A DNA stretch of 64,000 nt from Eukaryota sp. TZLM1-RC (taxonomy: Eukaryota > Protista > Metamonada: BaSk clade), in assembly GCA_040285825.1 (NCBI GenBank), contig JAUPSS010000002.1:1612001-1676000 (forward strand). The letters run 5' to 3'. The notes beneath the pieces were generated by a model that was not told where the DNA came from, did not search any database, and was given only the letters and a program-made list of their open reading frames with translations. A program made the translations under genes and the position numbers. Position 1 is the first letter of the stretch. The number at the start of each line of letters is the position of its first letter. Below are positions 11,746 through 21,815 of the stretch, piece after piece.

Positions 11746-11982
11746 CAGTTATTGCTGACATTATACTAACATTGTTCTGAAAGAGTCACAGTACATCAAT
11801 TGACGATCTTCAAAATGTGAACCCAGTGTTTGTGTGAATTTCCATCACTACAAAGATAATTGTAGACAATACAAAACAGTAGAATTCAGTATTTAGTTCT
11901 TAGTATTTATAGTTATTTAGTTATTTGTTATAGTTTTGTTTCATATTAATATAAGCTGATTTATTGTGAAAAAGGGAAGAAG

Positions 11983-12084
11983 CAGTGTTGGTGCCATAAG
12001 GCTTATATGTTCTGATTAGAAAATAAATGAACTTTTTCCTCAATCTCTTTATCTCAACCACTTTTGCAACCTAAGGCAACATTG
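11983..12084. mobile_element. Short TIR-bounded (MITE-like) element, copy 3
   Basis: CAGTGTTGgtgccataaggctta...cctaaggCAACATTG; imperfect 8-bp TIR. Confidence 0.6.
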
Positions 12085-12385
12085 TGCCGTTTGCAATTTC
12101 TCTTTTTGGCAATACTGGACCTTCAGGGTTGCACTTTTTTGAAAATTTCAAAAAAGTGTTACTGAATAGGTCTGGTAAAACAATGAATTCCACTTTCTGG
12201 TTAAATAGAATTGTTTTTTGCATTTTCAAGTCTATTCCAACAATGATTTCAAAGGCACTTTTAGCTATTGGTGTAGAATATGAACGTAATGCTTTGAGTA
12301 GGTTTAGTAATAGTGACGCTTGTTTGGAGGATATTAAATTCTAGATAGATTTTTTTATCTCAATAAATATTCCAGTTAAAAAAAA
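12082..12385 (+). mobile_element. Family C retrotransposon 3'-end fragment
   Basis: VPFAISLFGN...FWLNRIVF...DACLEDIKF*, then aataaa and an A tract. Confidence 0.8.
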
Positions 12386-12424
12386 TTATGTGTGATTATG
12401 TGTCATAAACTGTTATAGTAGCTT

Positions 12425-12643
12425 ATGTCTCTATATCCAGTATATAAACCTATTGACAAAGTAACCTCTGATGTAGGATCCAAAAATGTAAATGTAGACT
12501 GTCGTTTTTGTGATGAAACACTGAAAGGTTCAGCTAGACGCTCCACTTCACATTTTGTCAAACAATTGAGAAGCAGTTATGCTCTTCATGAAAACGTCTC
12601 TTCCACACACACCATATGTAACAATCAAGTCCAGGCTTTGTAG
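12425..12643 (+). pseudogene. BED-zinc-finger-like fragment, possible hAT transposase relic
   Basis: VDCRFCDETLKG...STSHFVKQL resembles a BED finger (CxxC...TSxLxxHL), degenerate. Confidence 0.35.
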
Positions 12644-12719
12644 ATGCATCATGTGGAATCGACATGAATTTAAAGAATTGCTTTTATTCAATGCAATATA
12701 ATAAATTTAATTCCATCTT

Positions 12720-13080
12720 TATTTTAAAAACGGCAGGGTCAATGCCAGTAGTGAGAATGGAATAGCTGTCTTTGACAGCGATGTAGAGAGTGTGCCTGTG
12801 ATATGTGATATGAACTTAGAATGAACCATCCAACACATTGATAGGTCCGCCACGCGAACCATCCAAACGTACAGAACCACGAAAATAGTTATCTGTGTCT
12901 ATTCTTAGATAACAAAATGTGTGATGGAACATTATTTTTACAGAAAATCGCAGTCTATCACTGAGTGAAATATTGTTTGAAAAGAGTAATCACATTGTTG
13001 AAATCCATAATTCCTGTGGACTGTGTTTACTATCTGTACATGAGATGTTGCCAATGGTAAAACAAATCTTTCTTCCTCTT
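12720..13080 (-). pseudogene. Possible Fanzor N-terminal/WED plus RuvC-I relic
   Basis: Minus-strand translation gives NYFRGSVRLDG (12858-12884 encode FRGSVRLDG) and TGIDPA (GIDP at 12735-12746) in one frame with one stop between them; resembles Fanzor FxGxIxTDG...GIDPG. Confidence 0.3.
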
Positions 13081-13542
13081 TTCAACAATCATAAATGACT
13101 ATCAGCAATTTCTGTTCAAAAACAGTCCAATACAAAATTAATGGATTTTGAGTTCAGCCTACCCTATTTAAACTTGTTTTCTGATTAGAAGTCATAAAAT
13201 TATAATAAAGACCAGCTGCTCCTGAATCAGAATTAGTTTCACTGTTACTAAACACTTGCAGTAGTGTAAAAGATCCTTCATTTTCATACTTCAAGCACAT
13301 GCTTCCGATGCATTACTGTTATTCCCAGCAATACACTTCAGTTGTCTCATACGGTCACATAAAAATATTACAGTTAGACATTGATCACGTGATGAAGATG
13401 CAATTGTTGACGCAAAATTTGAGCTTCTCCCGTTTTCACTCACGTTCTTCGTTCCTTAAAAGTTGACAATTTCTTCACAACTTCATCTTCACAGCTTCTT
13501 TCAAGACAAACTCAAATCGGACCTCTCCTGACCTGTTTTAAT

Positions 13543-15604
13543 ATGTTTGAATTGCTCAAAGTTGAAAATCTCCATGTATGTGCTCGTGAAACTGGAACAC
13601 CTATCCTGAAAGGAGTCAACCTTACTATTCATGCTGGAGAAACTGTTCTCCTTTATGGTAAAAATGGTAGTGGTAAAGTATGTTACACGTCCTTAACTCT
13701 TATCTTAGTCAACCCTCCTGTCCACTATAATGGGAGTAGGTGATTTAAAGATTACCCAGGGCAAGATATATTTTCTTGGACAGGACATTACTCATATGAC
13801 TACCGATGAGAGAGCCCGTCTCGGAGTAGGAATGATGTTTCAGCGTCCTCCAACAGTTGATGGTCTCCAACTTGGTTTCTTACTCAACGTTCTTGCTGAA
13901 AAGGCCAAGTCAAGATTAGATCCTTTTGAAGTTTCCCACACGTCAACCCCAGAACCGGCCTCCCGTATCAACCAGTTCTCCCACATTACTCGCATGCAAA
14001 ACCACCTCACCCGTCAGCTAAACAAGGGATTTTCTGGTGGTGAGATCAAACGCTCAGAGTCCCTACAGCTCCTCCTCACTGATCCCAGTTTTGTCATGCT
14101 TGATGAACCAGAAAGTGGAGTTGATGTTGAAAACATTTCTGTCATTGGACAGATTGCCAACACCCTATTGACCAGAAGTGATGAATCTCCCAACTCCATG
14201 CGTAAGGGAGGTCTCGTAGTCACTCACACTGGCTTCATTCTTGACTTTATAACTGCTGATATTGCTTATGTTATGGTTGATGGTCGTATCTCCTGCCATG
14301 GAGAGCCTAGACGTATACTTGATACCATTTCCAAACACGGTTATGATCCATGTCAATCTTGCCAGGGTGGAGACTGTCAGATCTGTATTGCTTCTAAGTT
14401 GCCCGAAATTCGAACTGAACCAAGAGTGCGCCTTTCTGTTGAAGCTGGTCCTGTTAAGCTTACCCCTGATGTTATGGTAGATGCTGATATCCCCAAAGTC
14501 CATGTGGAAGACCTCAACCGTATCATGGTCCAAGGTCAGGAATCTGATGCCGTTCTTAGACTCCCTCATAACTCGGGCGAGTATCTTCAACGTGATTGTC
14601 AAACTGAATCAGCAATCACTGTCAACCCTGACATTGAAGTTTTGTCCTTAAAGGATGCTCTAGCTAAGTATGATTGGATGGAAAAGTACATGTGGAAGGT
14701 GGTAAAGTCTGACAATGATTATGTTACCAAACATGTATTTGATATGGAACAACAAGGTAATCCCCAAGGCTATGTCATTATTGCTCACGAAAACGCTAAG
14801 TGCGAGTTTCCAATCGAAGCCAATCTCCGTTTAGAAGGTGCTCCTATTCAGCACGTGCATAATATACTTGTAGCTAAACCCGGCTCCGAAATGCATGTTA
14901 TAAGTGGATGTACTTGTTCCTCGTATGCTGGTGGTAAACATTATGGTATATCTGAGTTTTTTGTCGAAGATTCAGCAACTATTACCTTTTCAATGATTCA
15001 TCGATGGTGCTCAACCGTAGAAGCTTTCCCAAGATCTGCGAGTCATGTAGCTCGTAATGGAACATTCATCTCCAATTACGTCTGTCTATCCCCTGTAGGA
15101 AAAGTTCAATTAAACCCCTTGGCCACTTTGGAAGAAGGAGCTTCTGCTAGGTTTTCGTCTATTATTTACGCAAGAGAAGGTACAGTTGTTGATGCCGGTT
15201 CAAGGGCTATTCTTAATGGAAAGAATGCAAGTGCTGAAGTTATTTCTAGAATTATTTCCTCAGGTGGCCATGTCATTGCCAGGGCCCTTTGTGTGGGCAA
15301 TGAAGAAGACACTCGAGGCCATGTTGAATGCCAAGGTCTCTTAATTGGTGATGACAAGAAAGGTAAGATCTGGGCTCTGCCTCAGATTGATGGAAATCAT
15401 CGTTTGTCGGAGCTCTCTCACGAAGCTTCTGTTGGAAGAATTGGTGCAGAAAAGATTCAGTATTTGCAGTCTAGAGGCTTGTCTGAAGAAGAAGCTACTT
15501 CTGCTATCGTTTCTGGCTTTTTGAATCTTGAAATTGAAGGAATTCCCCAAGATTTGAAGGATTCAATCAAGGCTGTTATCAATGCAGCAGCAGCAGGGTT
15601 TTAG
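13543..15604 (+). CDS. smsCB: SufCB/SmsCB fusion Fe-S cluster scaffold (SUF-like minimal system), 676 aa; exons 13543-13677 and 13709-15604, 31-nt intron 13678-13708
   Basis: Splicing restores Walker A GKNGSGK|STLL. SufC features FQRPP, GFSGGEIKR, LDEPESGVD, VVTHTG. Linker CQSCQGGDCQIC. SufB-type beta-helix with HYGISEFFV, GHVECQGL, LSHEASVGRI, YLQSRGLSEEEA..IVSGFL. Confidence 0.95.
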
Positions 15605-15688
15605 TTTTGTAAATATTTGTTTGTTTTGATTGTAAAGCGGGTTTTTTTAAATATTTCATAATATTATTTATTATATAAGTAATTGGGA

Positions 15689-17719
15689 TTAGGATTCAAA
15701 ATCTCTCAATACTTGGTCAATAATTTCTTGATCACTTTTGAAATAATCCTGTTCAAATTCCATTGATTCTCCATCATCATCAGAATCTGCGTCTGCTTCT
15801 TCATTGCTGACTTCCTTGGTCAAAGACTCGGTTAGACTACAAGTTTTTTCTAGTAGAGGAATAATAGACACATAATTGTTGAGAGAATCGGGATTGTGGA
15901 TGCAAGAAAGGAAATTAACATTAAAATCCGAACATAGATTGCAATAATGAAACGACACTGGTTTAAATTGCTCAAAAGGATAGGTTTTACTATACCTTTT
16001 ACCTTTCAACGGAATTTCTAACCATGAATAATCACCCACATCATCGGAATAACGTTTCCATGTTGAAGGAGGGGGGTTGTGGAGGCAAACATCAGAGGCC
16101 AGGTCCCAGAGATTAACCTTAATTGATGAATTCCATTTGGTAATAAAGTTATATGACATTTGTTTAGAAGAATCAAAATATCTATTGGAAACATATCGTT
16201 TCATGTTGATAAAAATCTCCCTCCCAAAGGAATTTTCTGAAGAAACATTCATTAACTTTGCCTTGTTCAGAGCAAATGAACCGCTGTATTGTTGACAAAG
16301 GGCATTATTGGTGATATTAGACAACCTAACAAGTTCTTTTCCAACAAAGGAGTTATGGCTGATAAACTGATTTGGAGGTAGTAGTTGTATCTCTTGGAGC
16401 ATTAAACTGACCGCTGACAACATTACAAACGTCTGGACAGCTCCTGTACGATCAGAACTGTCTATACAATTGACACGTGGCACTCCTGATTGATAACGTC
16501 TTATGCTGACGTGACCTAATTGATAGTGAGCAGAGAAAAAACCAGTCTCTTTAATGATTTTTAATGCAACCGGACAGAGGATGGCCTCTGAAAGCTCTGT
16601 ATCGTGTGAATTACTTCTTAAAAGATGTTTCAGATCAATAGATAAATAAGACAAAACATTATCCAAATGTTTTGGTTTGCAAGACTTATTGATAAACTCA
16701 ATTGCTTTTTTATATTCTCTACTGATTGCAGCTTCCTTTCCTCTATTTGATAATAGGTTAACACAAATAATTGGAGTGGAATACTTGAAAATTAAATCAC
16801 TAAGATGATATCTAGTTTGAGAATAATTGGAATCAATTTGATTGAGTTGAATTCTGGGGTTTAAGGTCAACTTATTAATTGATTGAGACCATAATAGAGG
16901 AACGGAACCTCTACACAACACAAAGCTCTGAACTTTAGAATCACAAGCCACAACTAGTTCGACTTCAACAAAGTTTGCTGCATTTCCATTGGTGGTAAGA
17001 CCCCTTTTACAATACCTCGTACCAGCATAATGTCTAGAACGACGGGAAATAAGTGTCATAGTGAAGGAGACTGAGCAAGAGGAGACGTGCAGAGTGCGTT
17101 CAATCACATGCCCGTGAATGAAAGGAAGTTTCCAGCAAGCGGGTAAAGAGCTGGTTTGGAGAAAAGAGAAATTGTAGCAAAAGTCATCACGTGATTGATT
17201 GTGATTGATTGATTGATTAGAAGATGGTTGTTGACGTGATAATGTATTTTGCAGAGTATTGGTAAGATCAAAATGTGGAGAAAAGTACAGAGATTGAACA
17301 TCAAACAATTGGAGCAGAGCTAGATACTTTGCCTGCTCCGCAGACAGCTTGGGTACAGAACAAAGGGGAAAAACTTCAATATCATCTACTTGATAGATGG
17401 GACGTTTTAAAAGGGAAGCAACGCTATGTGTTTGTGTGACCAATATAATAAAGTATTCATTAGCAAGTTGGACAAAACCAAAAAGTGCAAAAGCTTCATG
17501 AGAGCAGTGGATCTGATCAGCATGGTTAAACAACATAGTTTCAACTGCAGATGAGGTGAAGAGTGTGTCATCAGCCTCTACTAACAAAGTAGTAGGATCC
17601 TTTCTGTTTACCTTCAGTATGCGGAATAAATTATTATCTAGTCGTCCCAAAATAATATAGCAATCGGGTGTATCGTATAAAAGCACGCGAACAGAGCATT
17701 TGCAGGTGCTGGTGGTCAT
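15689..17719 (-). CDS. FIG4: SAC-domain polyphosphoinositide phosphatase, FIG4-like (start at 17719 favoured over 17848)
   Basis: LISRRSRHYAGTRYCKRG, ANFVEVE, RGSVPLLWSQ, catalytic CX5R RVNCIDSSDRT, QYSGS; N-terminal FRILKVNR typical of FIG4. The upstream motif position supports the 17719 ATG. Confidence 0.82.
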   Translation of the reverse strand: MTTSTCKCSVRVLLYDTPDCYIILGRLDNNLFRILKVNRKDPTTLLVEADDTLFTSSAVETMLFNHADQIHCSHEAFALFGFVQLANEYFIILVTQTHSVASLLKRPIYQVDDIEVFPLCSVPKLSAEQAKYLALLQLFDVQSLYFSPHFDLTNTLQNTLSRQQPSSNQSINHNQSRDDFCYNFSFLQTSSLPACWKLPFIHGHVIERTLHVSSCSVSFTMTLISRRSRHYAGTRYCKRGLTTNGNAANFVEVELVVACDSKVQSFVLCRGSVPLLWSQSINKLTLNPRIQLNQIDSNYSQTRYHLSDLIFKYSTPIICVNLLSNRGKEAAISREYKKAIEFINKSCKPKHLDNVLSYLSIDLKHLLRSNSHDTELSEAILCPVALKIIKETGFFSAHYQLGHVSIRRYQSGVPRVNCIDSSDRTGAVQTFVMLSAVSLMLQEIQLLPPNQFISHNSFVGKELVRLSNITNNALCQQYSGSFALNKAKLMNVSSENSFGREIFINMKRYVSNRYFDSSKQMSYNFITKWNSSIKVNLWDLASDVCLHNPPPSTWKRYSDDVGDYSWLEIPLKGKRYSKTYPFEQFKPVSFHYCNLCSDFNVNFLSCIHNPDSLNNYVSIIPLLEKTCSLTESLTKEVSNEEADADSDDDGESMEFEQDYFKSDQEIIDQVLRDFES

Positions 17720-17852
17720 GATGGGGATGTTGTTGATAGCAAAGGTATGGGTGATGAGAAGTGATGTGCAATTGCTCCTTTTTGTGTTTTGAAAATCCAG
17801 ATATTGGATTTCATAATACATTTTGTTAGACTTTGTTAGCATATTCATTTAA

Positions 17853-18022
17853 AGCTTCGTATTTAAATAAACAACCTTATTAAAAACCTCGCAAAGTTGG
17901 CATTTTATACTAAACTAATTATTAGTTTTTAATATCATTTTTTCCTTCACCATTGTGAAACGTTTATGTCACCTAAACGTAAATCAACTTCTGATACTAT
18001 CAAACGTAGAACAACTTCTAGA
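17853..18022 (+). repeat. Unclassified dispersed repeat, copy 2
   Basis: Aligns by eye with 2760-2935; both begin a basic ORF MSPK(L/R)KST. Confidence 0.75.
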
Positions 18023-18024
18023 GA

Positions 18025-19265
18025 AGGATCTTTTGCCATATTGTCTATGTTTTTCTTTGGCTTCAAATTCAGGAGCTTCTACAGGATTAAGTTTTCTTCT
18101 TTGAACCAAAGTGTCATTTGCACCATCGCAGGAGACAAAGTCAACAACAGCTTCTGAGTTATCAATCCAATCACAGTATACATCACCTTTGTCATCAGAG
18201 CTAAAATTATTGAATGACAGTGTTTCTTTCAGCAAAGGCTCTTTGATACACGAAATTCTTGCAGTTCATGCCCTATTAGAAACAGTGTTTCTCACAACAT
18301 CATGTAATGAAGGACGATAAGTTATCAATTTTGAACAATTCATGGCATGACGCAAAGTGAGCTGTGGTGAATTTGGACAAATACATTTTTCTTTTAATAT
18401 TAGTTGATTAATGGGGATATTCAAATATAAACTCATTTTTGTTACAAACGCTTCATTATTAGCACACAGTCCAAATCTTTGTGGTACAATGGTTACAAAT
18501 AGTGAAGAATCTGAAGACTGATTTTCACAAACACCCTTTTCCAATAACAATGAGTGAAGATCTTGATTTAAAACAGCTGAGCTGCATATATTATTATAAA
18601 GATCATTTTCATACATTCCAGTCAATCGTTTCTGTAATGTTCGAAGAGTGTACCTCAAATTTAAAACATTTTTTTTGGAATATTGCCATTGAATGATTGG
18701 GGAAAACATCGACCCCATTTTCTACAACAATTTTTGAAATTTCTTCATTTAATGCAAAAAAAGTGGAACTTTGCATTGTCATCAATAAATCTTCCCAATC
18801 TGCAAATCTTTCGGAAAACTCAAAGATTGCATTTCTGCATCCACCAACAAAAGCACACGAGATAAGAATAGAAGCCTTCGTCCACCCTAAACCGCCATAA
18901 TGTGGACTAAGGTAAGCATGATCTGGAATTTGAAACATTTTACATCCCAGTAATTGAGACAGAACTTTTGCACGTAACTTATTAAACTTCTGAGCCAAAG
19001 GTCTAGTGACGAGAGGATTTGTAGATCGAAATATAATTAAAATTGGAACTAAAACACAGTCTTATAATGGTAAATTTGATGTGTTTTTGTATATCTAAAT
19101 TCATCATTCGGTCAATTTGTTGGGAAATTGAGTTCAACTTTTCATACAATTCCTTGGTAATTTCATCATTATTTCCTGAAAACGAACCCAAATGACGAAT
19201 GTCATCAACTGATTATAATTTGGCTTGAATTTGAATACCATCAACTATTGTAGAAACTGAAGAAT
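18025..19265 (-). mobile_element. Family A retrotransposon fragment (post-RT region to RLE), frameshifted
   Basis: IQKHIKFTIIRLCF, YLSPHYGGLG, KCIC...HAMNC, DKGDVYCD. Confidence 0.85.
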
Positions 19266-19271
19266 TTTAAA

Positions 19272-20045
19272 AAATGTATTTATTGAATTTGCACACTTAA
19301 TTAAATTAACTCATAACTAATGGTACGACTATCATTGAACCAAGATTTTCTCTACAAAATCTTGATCTGCTTGCTGTCTAGCTAAAGCTTCTCTAATTCG
19401 ATTGAAAAACCGAGGTAATCTATTAATAATGGCAAATTGAATCCGTGAACGCCATAAAAAATATCAAATCTTTTCATTGTTTTTTCTTGCACCATTTTTT
19501 GGAAGTCATCCAAAAAAGTTTCTGCTTCAACTGATAATCTTCCATTTATCGAAAATGGGAAAGCAATAAAAACCAGCTGTGTATTTCTCTCGGCATTAGC
19601 CTCTTCAATATCTTTATCATATTTTCTATGTTTCTCTTTTGCTTTAAAATCATGAGCAGTCACAAGATTAAGTTTTCTTCTGTGAACCAAAGTATCATTT
19701 GCAACATTACATGAGACAAAGTCAACAATAGCTTCAGAATTATCAATCCAATCACAGTATACATCACCTCTATCGTCAGAACCAAAATTATTCAGAGAAA
19801 GTGTTTCCTTCAGCAGGGGCTCTTTGATGCACGATATCCTTGCAGTTTGTGCCATATTGAAAACAGTGTCTCTAACAGCATCATGTAATGAAGAACAATA
19901 AGTTATCAATTCAGAGCAATTCAGAGCATGGCGCAAAGTGAGATGAGGGGAATTCGAACAAATACATTTTTTTGATAATAATTGATTAATTGGAATATTC
20001 AAATATAATCTCATTTTTGTTACAAATGCTTCATTAGTAGCACAC
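19272..20045 (-). mobile_element. Family A retrotransposon 5'-truncated copy with 3' UTR
   Basis: CCHC, DRGDVYCD, VDFV, KEKHRKY, AFPFSINGRLS; 3' UTR ends in AATAAA. Confidence 0.88.
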
Positions 20046-20430
20046 TATTGATTCTAATTCATTTCCAAATTGAGTCAACAGAATCGAAAGTTGGCTTTTG
20101 ACATCATCAATATTTCTGAGATAACAACCCAAGAAACGAAAACCAGACTAATCATAATAGATAAAGGGGACATTGAAGTCATTAATGAAAAAATCAATTG
20201 GTTCATGACCAATAATCAGACCTTTGAAGATATTTGATGAGAGATCAATAACTTCATAACGCTGTTGAATAAAAGTTGCTATTTTTTTGAGAACTGAAAT
20301 AGCAGCAATGACAGAAATGTCACCCATATATGCTACAATATCTATTTCTGGGAATTTTTCTTTCAATTCGCACATTAAAGGATCAATTGCTAAGCAAAAG
20401 AAAAAAGGACGAAGAGGATCACCCTGTTTA
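20046..20430 (-). mobile_element. RT-domain fragment of a related RLE retrotransposon (B/C-like)
   Basis: KQGDPL...FCLAIDP and IVAYMGD (degenerate YxDD). Confidence 0.65.
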
Positions 20431-20499
20431 GCATGGATTGAAACATTTTTTTGTAAATGATTTATTATTGGATTGAAACATGCATTTTTTGAGATACCA

Positions 20500-21768
20500 A
20501 TGTATATATCAGCAGATCATCATGAGTGTACACCTACTCTGTTTCCCAAGCCACATACACTAACAGCATTGCTTTTGTCACTGGTTTTGTTGGTTGCTCT
20601 TTTGTTGTATCTTCCATCTTCTTTTACCCCTCCACAACAGGGACTCATTGCTGTCACTTGCTTCTTCCTTCTCTACTCAGCTTTCCAATTCCGAGACACA
20701 ATCTTCCAACGTCCTCATCCTGTTCTATGGCGTGTAGTCAAAGGAATTTCCCTTCTTTACCTACTGACCCTTATCTACCTACTCTTCCAACCAATCTCTT
20801 ACTCTAGAGAGCTCATGAAGTACACAGACCCCTCAGTCGGAGTGCCTCTTGAAGAACGTTCTTACGCAACTGACTGCCGCATTTACACCCCCAACCACCC
20901 TGATGGTCCTTTTGCCAATGTGTGGGCTACTATCAACGATGAGTTCGTCCTTGCCCACGTTATTGGATGGTGGGCAAAAATGATTATGTTTCGAGACTTT
21001 TGGCTGGCTAATCTTTTGTCTGTTTTATTCGAATTCACTGAATATTCGTTCCAACACGTATTGGAAAACTTTAAAGAGTGCTGGTTTGACCACTGGATAA
21101 TTGATGTTTTGGTATGTAATCTTATCGGGATTTGGCTGGGATCAATTACTTGTGAGTATCTCTCCTTTCCCAGGCAGAATTGGTTTAAGCAATATGCTGA
21201 AGTTTCGTCACCCAAAAAAGTTATCAATCAATTAGGCCCTTTTTCATTTAAAGTCTTTAAGTGGCCCGTGTTCACTTCACCGCTACGGTTCTTTAGTATG
21301 TCCCTTTTATTAGTAATTGCTTTATTAATTGAGATTAACTGCTTCTTCCTCAAAACAGTTCTGTGGTTACCTCCAATGTCCCCCTTCAATACTGTCAGAC
21401 TTTTATTTTGGTGGCTATGGGGAACTCCTGGGCTTGCAGAGTTTTACCAGTTCTTAATCAACCCCAATCATCGACTTGGTGATCAAGCTTGGATTAGCTT
21501 TGCACTTGCTTTTGTAGAGTGTTTGTTTTGGGTGGTGCACGGTGGTTATCTTTTCAAAAGAGTTCATACCCCTACTTACATTCCCTTACTGTGGATTGGA
21601 GGATGGCTGTTGTGTTTAGGGTTTGCTGTGTCAAAATGGGTCCAAAAAGGAGGTCAAAAAGACATAGAAGTTACTCAAGTCAAGGAGATTCCACAAGACA
21701 AGGAGAATCTCCCAGAGCCTTTTGTTAAGAAAGATAAAATTCCCAGGACACCGTTAATTCATTCATAA
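20500..21768 (+). CDS. Phosphatidylserine synthase, base-exchange type (PTDSS/PSS family)
   Basis: KPHTLT, RPHPVLWR, SYATDCRIYTP, DEFVLAHVIGWW, FEFTE..FQH.LENFKECWFDH.IIDVLVCN; multiple TM segments. Confidence 0.92.
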   Translation: MYISADHHECTPTLFPKPHTLTALLLSLVLLVALLLYLPSSFTPPQQGLIAVTCFFLLYSAFQFRDTIFQRPHPVLWRVVKGISLLYLLTLIYLLFQPISYSRELMKYTDPSVGVPLEERSYATDCRIYTPNHPDGPFANVWATINDEFVLAHVIGWWAKMIMFRDFWLANLLSVLFEFTEYSFQHVLENFKECWFDHWIIDVLVCNLIGIWLGSITCEYLSFPRQNWFKQYAEVSSPKKVINQLGPFSFKVFKWPVFTSPLRFFSMSLLLVIALLIEINCFFLKTVLWLPPMSPFNTVRLLFWWLWGTPGLAEFYQFLINPNHRLGDQAWISFALAFVECLFWVVHGGYLFKRVHTPTYIPLLWIGGWLLCLGFAVSKWVQKGGQKDIEVTQVKEIPQDKENLPEPFVKKDKIPRTPLIHS

Positions 21769-21815
21769 TAGAAATTATTTAAATAAATTATTGTTGTTTA
21801 TTTATACTAAAACTA

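Noticed and set aside
13384-13393. Palindrome atcacgtgat (E-box) upstream of SmsCB; cacgtg also upstream of NAT10
   Set aside because: The 6-mer also occurs within coding regions; too few instances to call regulatory.
17720-17848. Longer N-terminus for FIG4 from ATG 17848
   Set aside because: The extension abuts a dispersed repeat and has no homology signal; the shared upstream motif favours ATG 17719.
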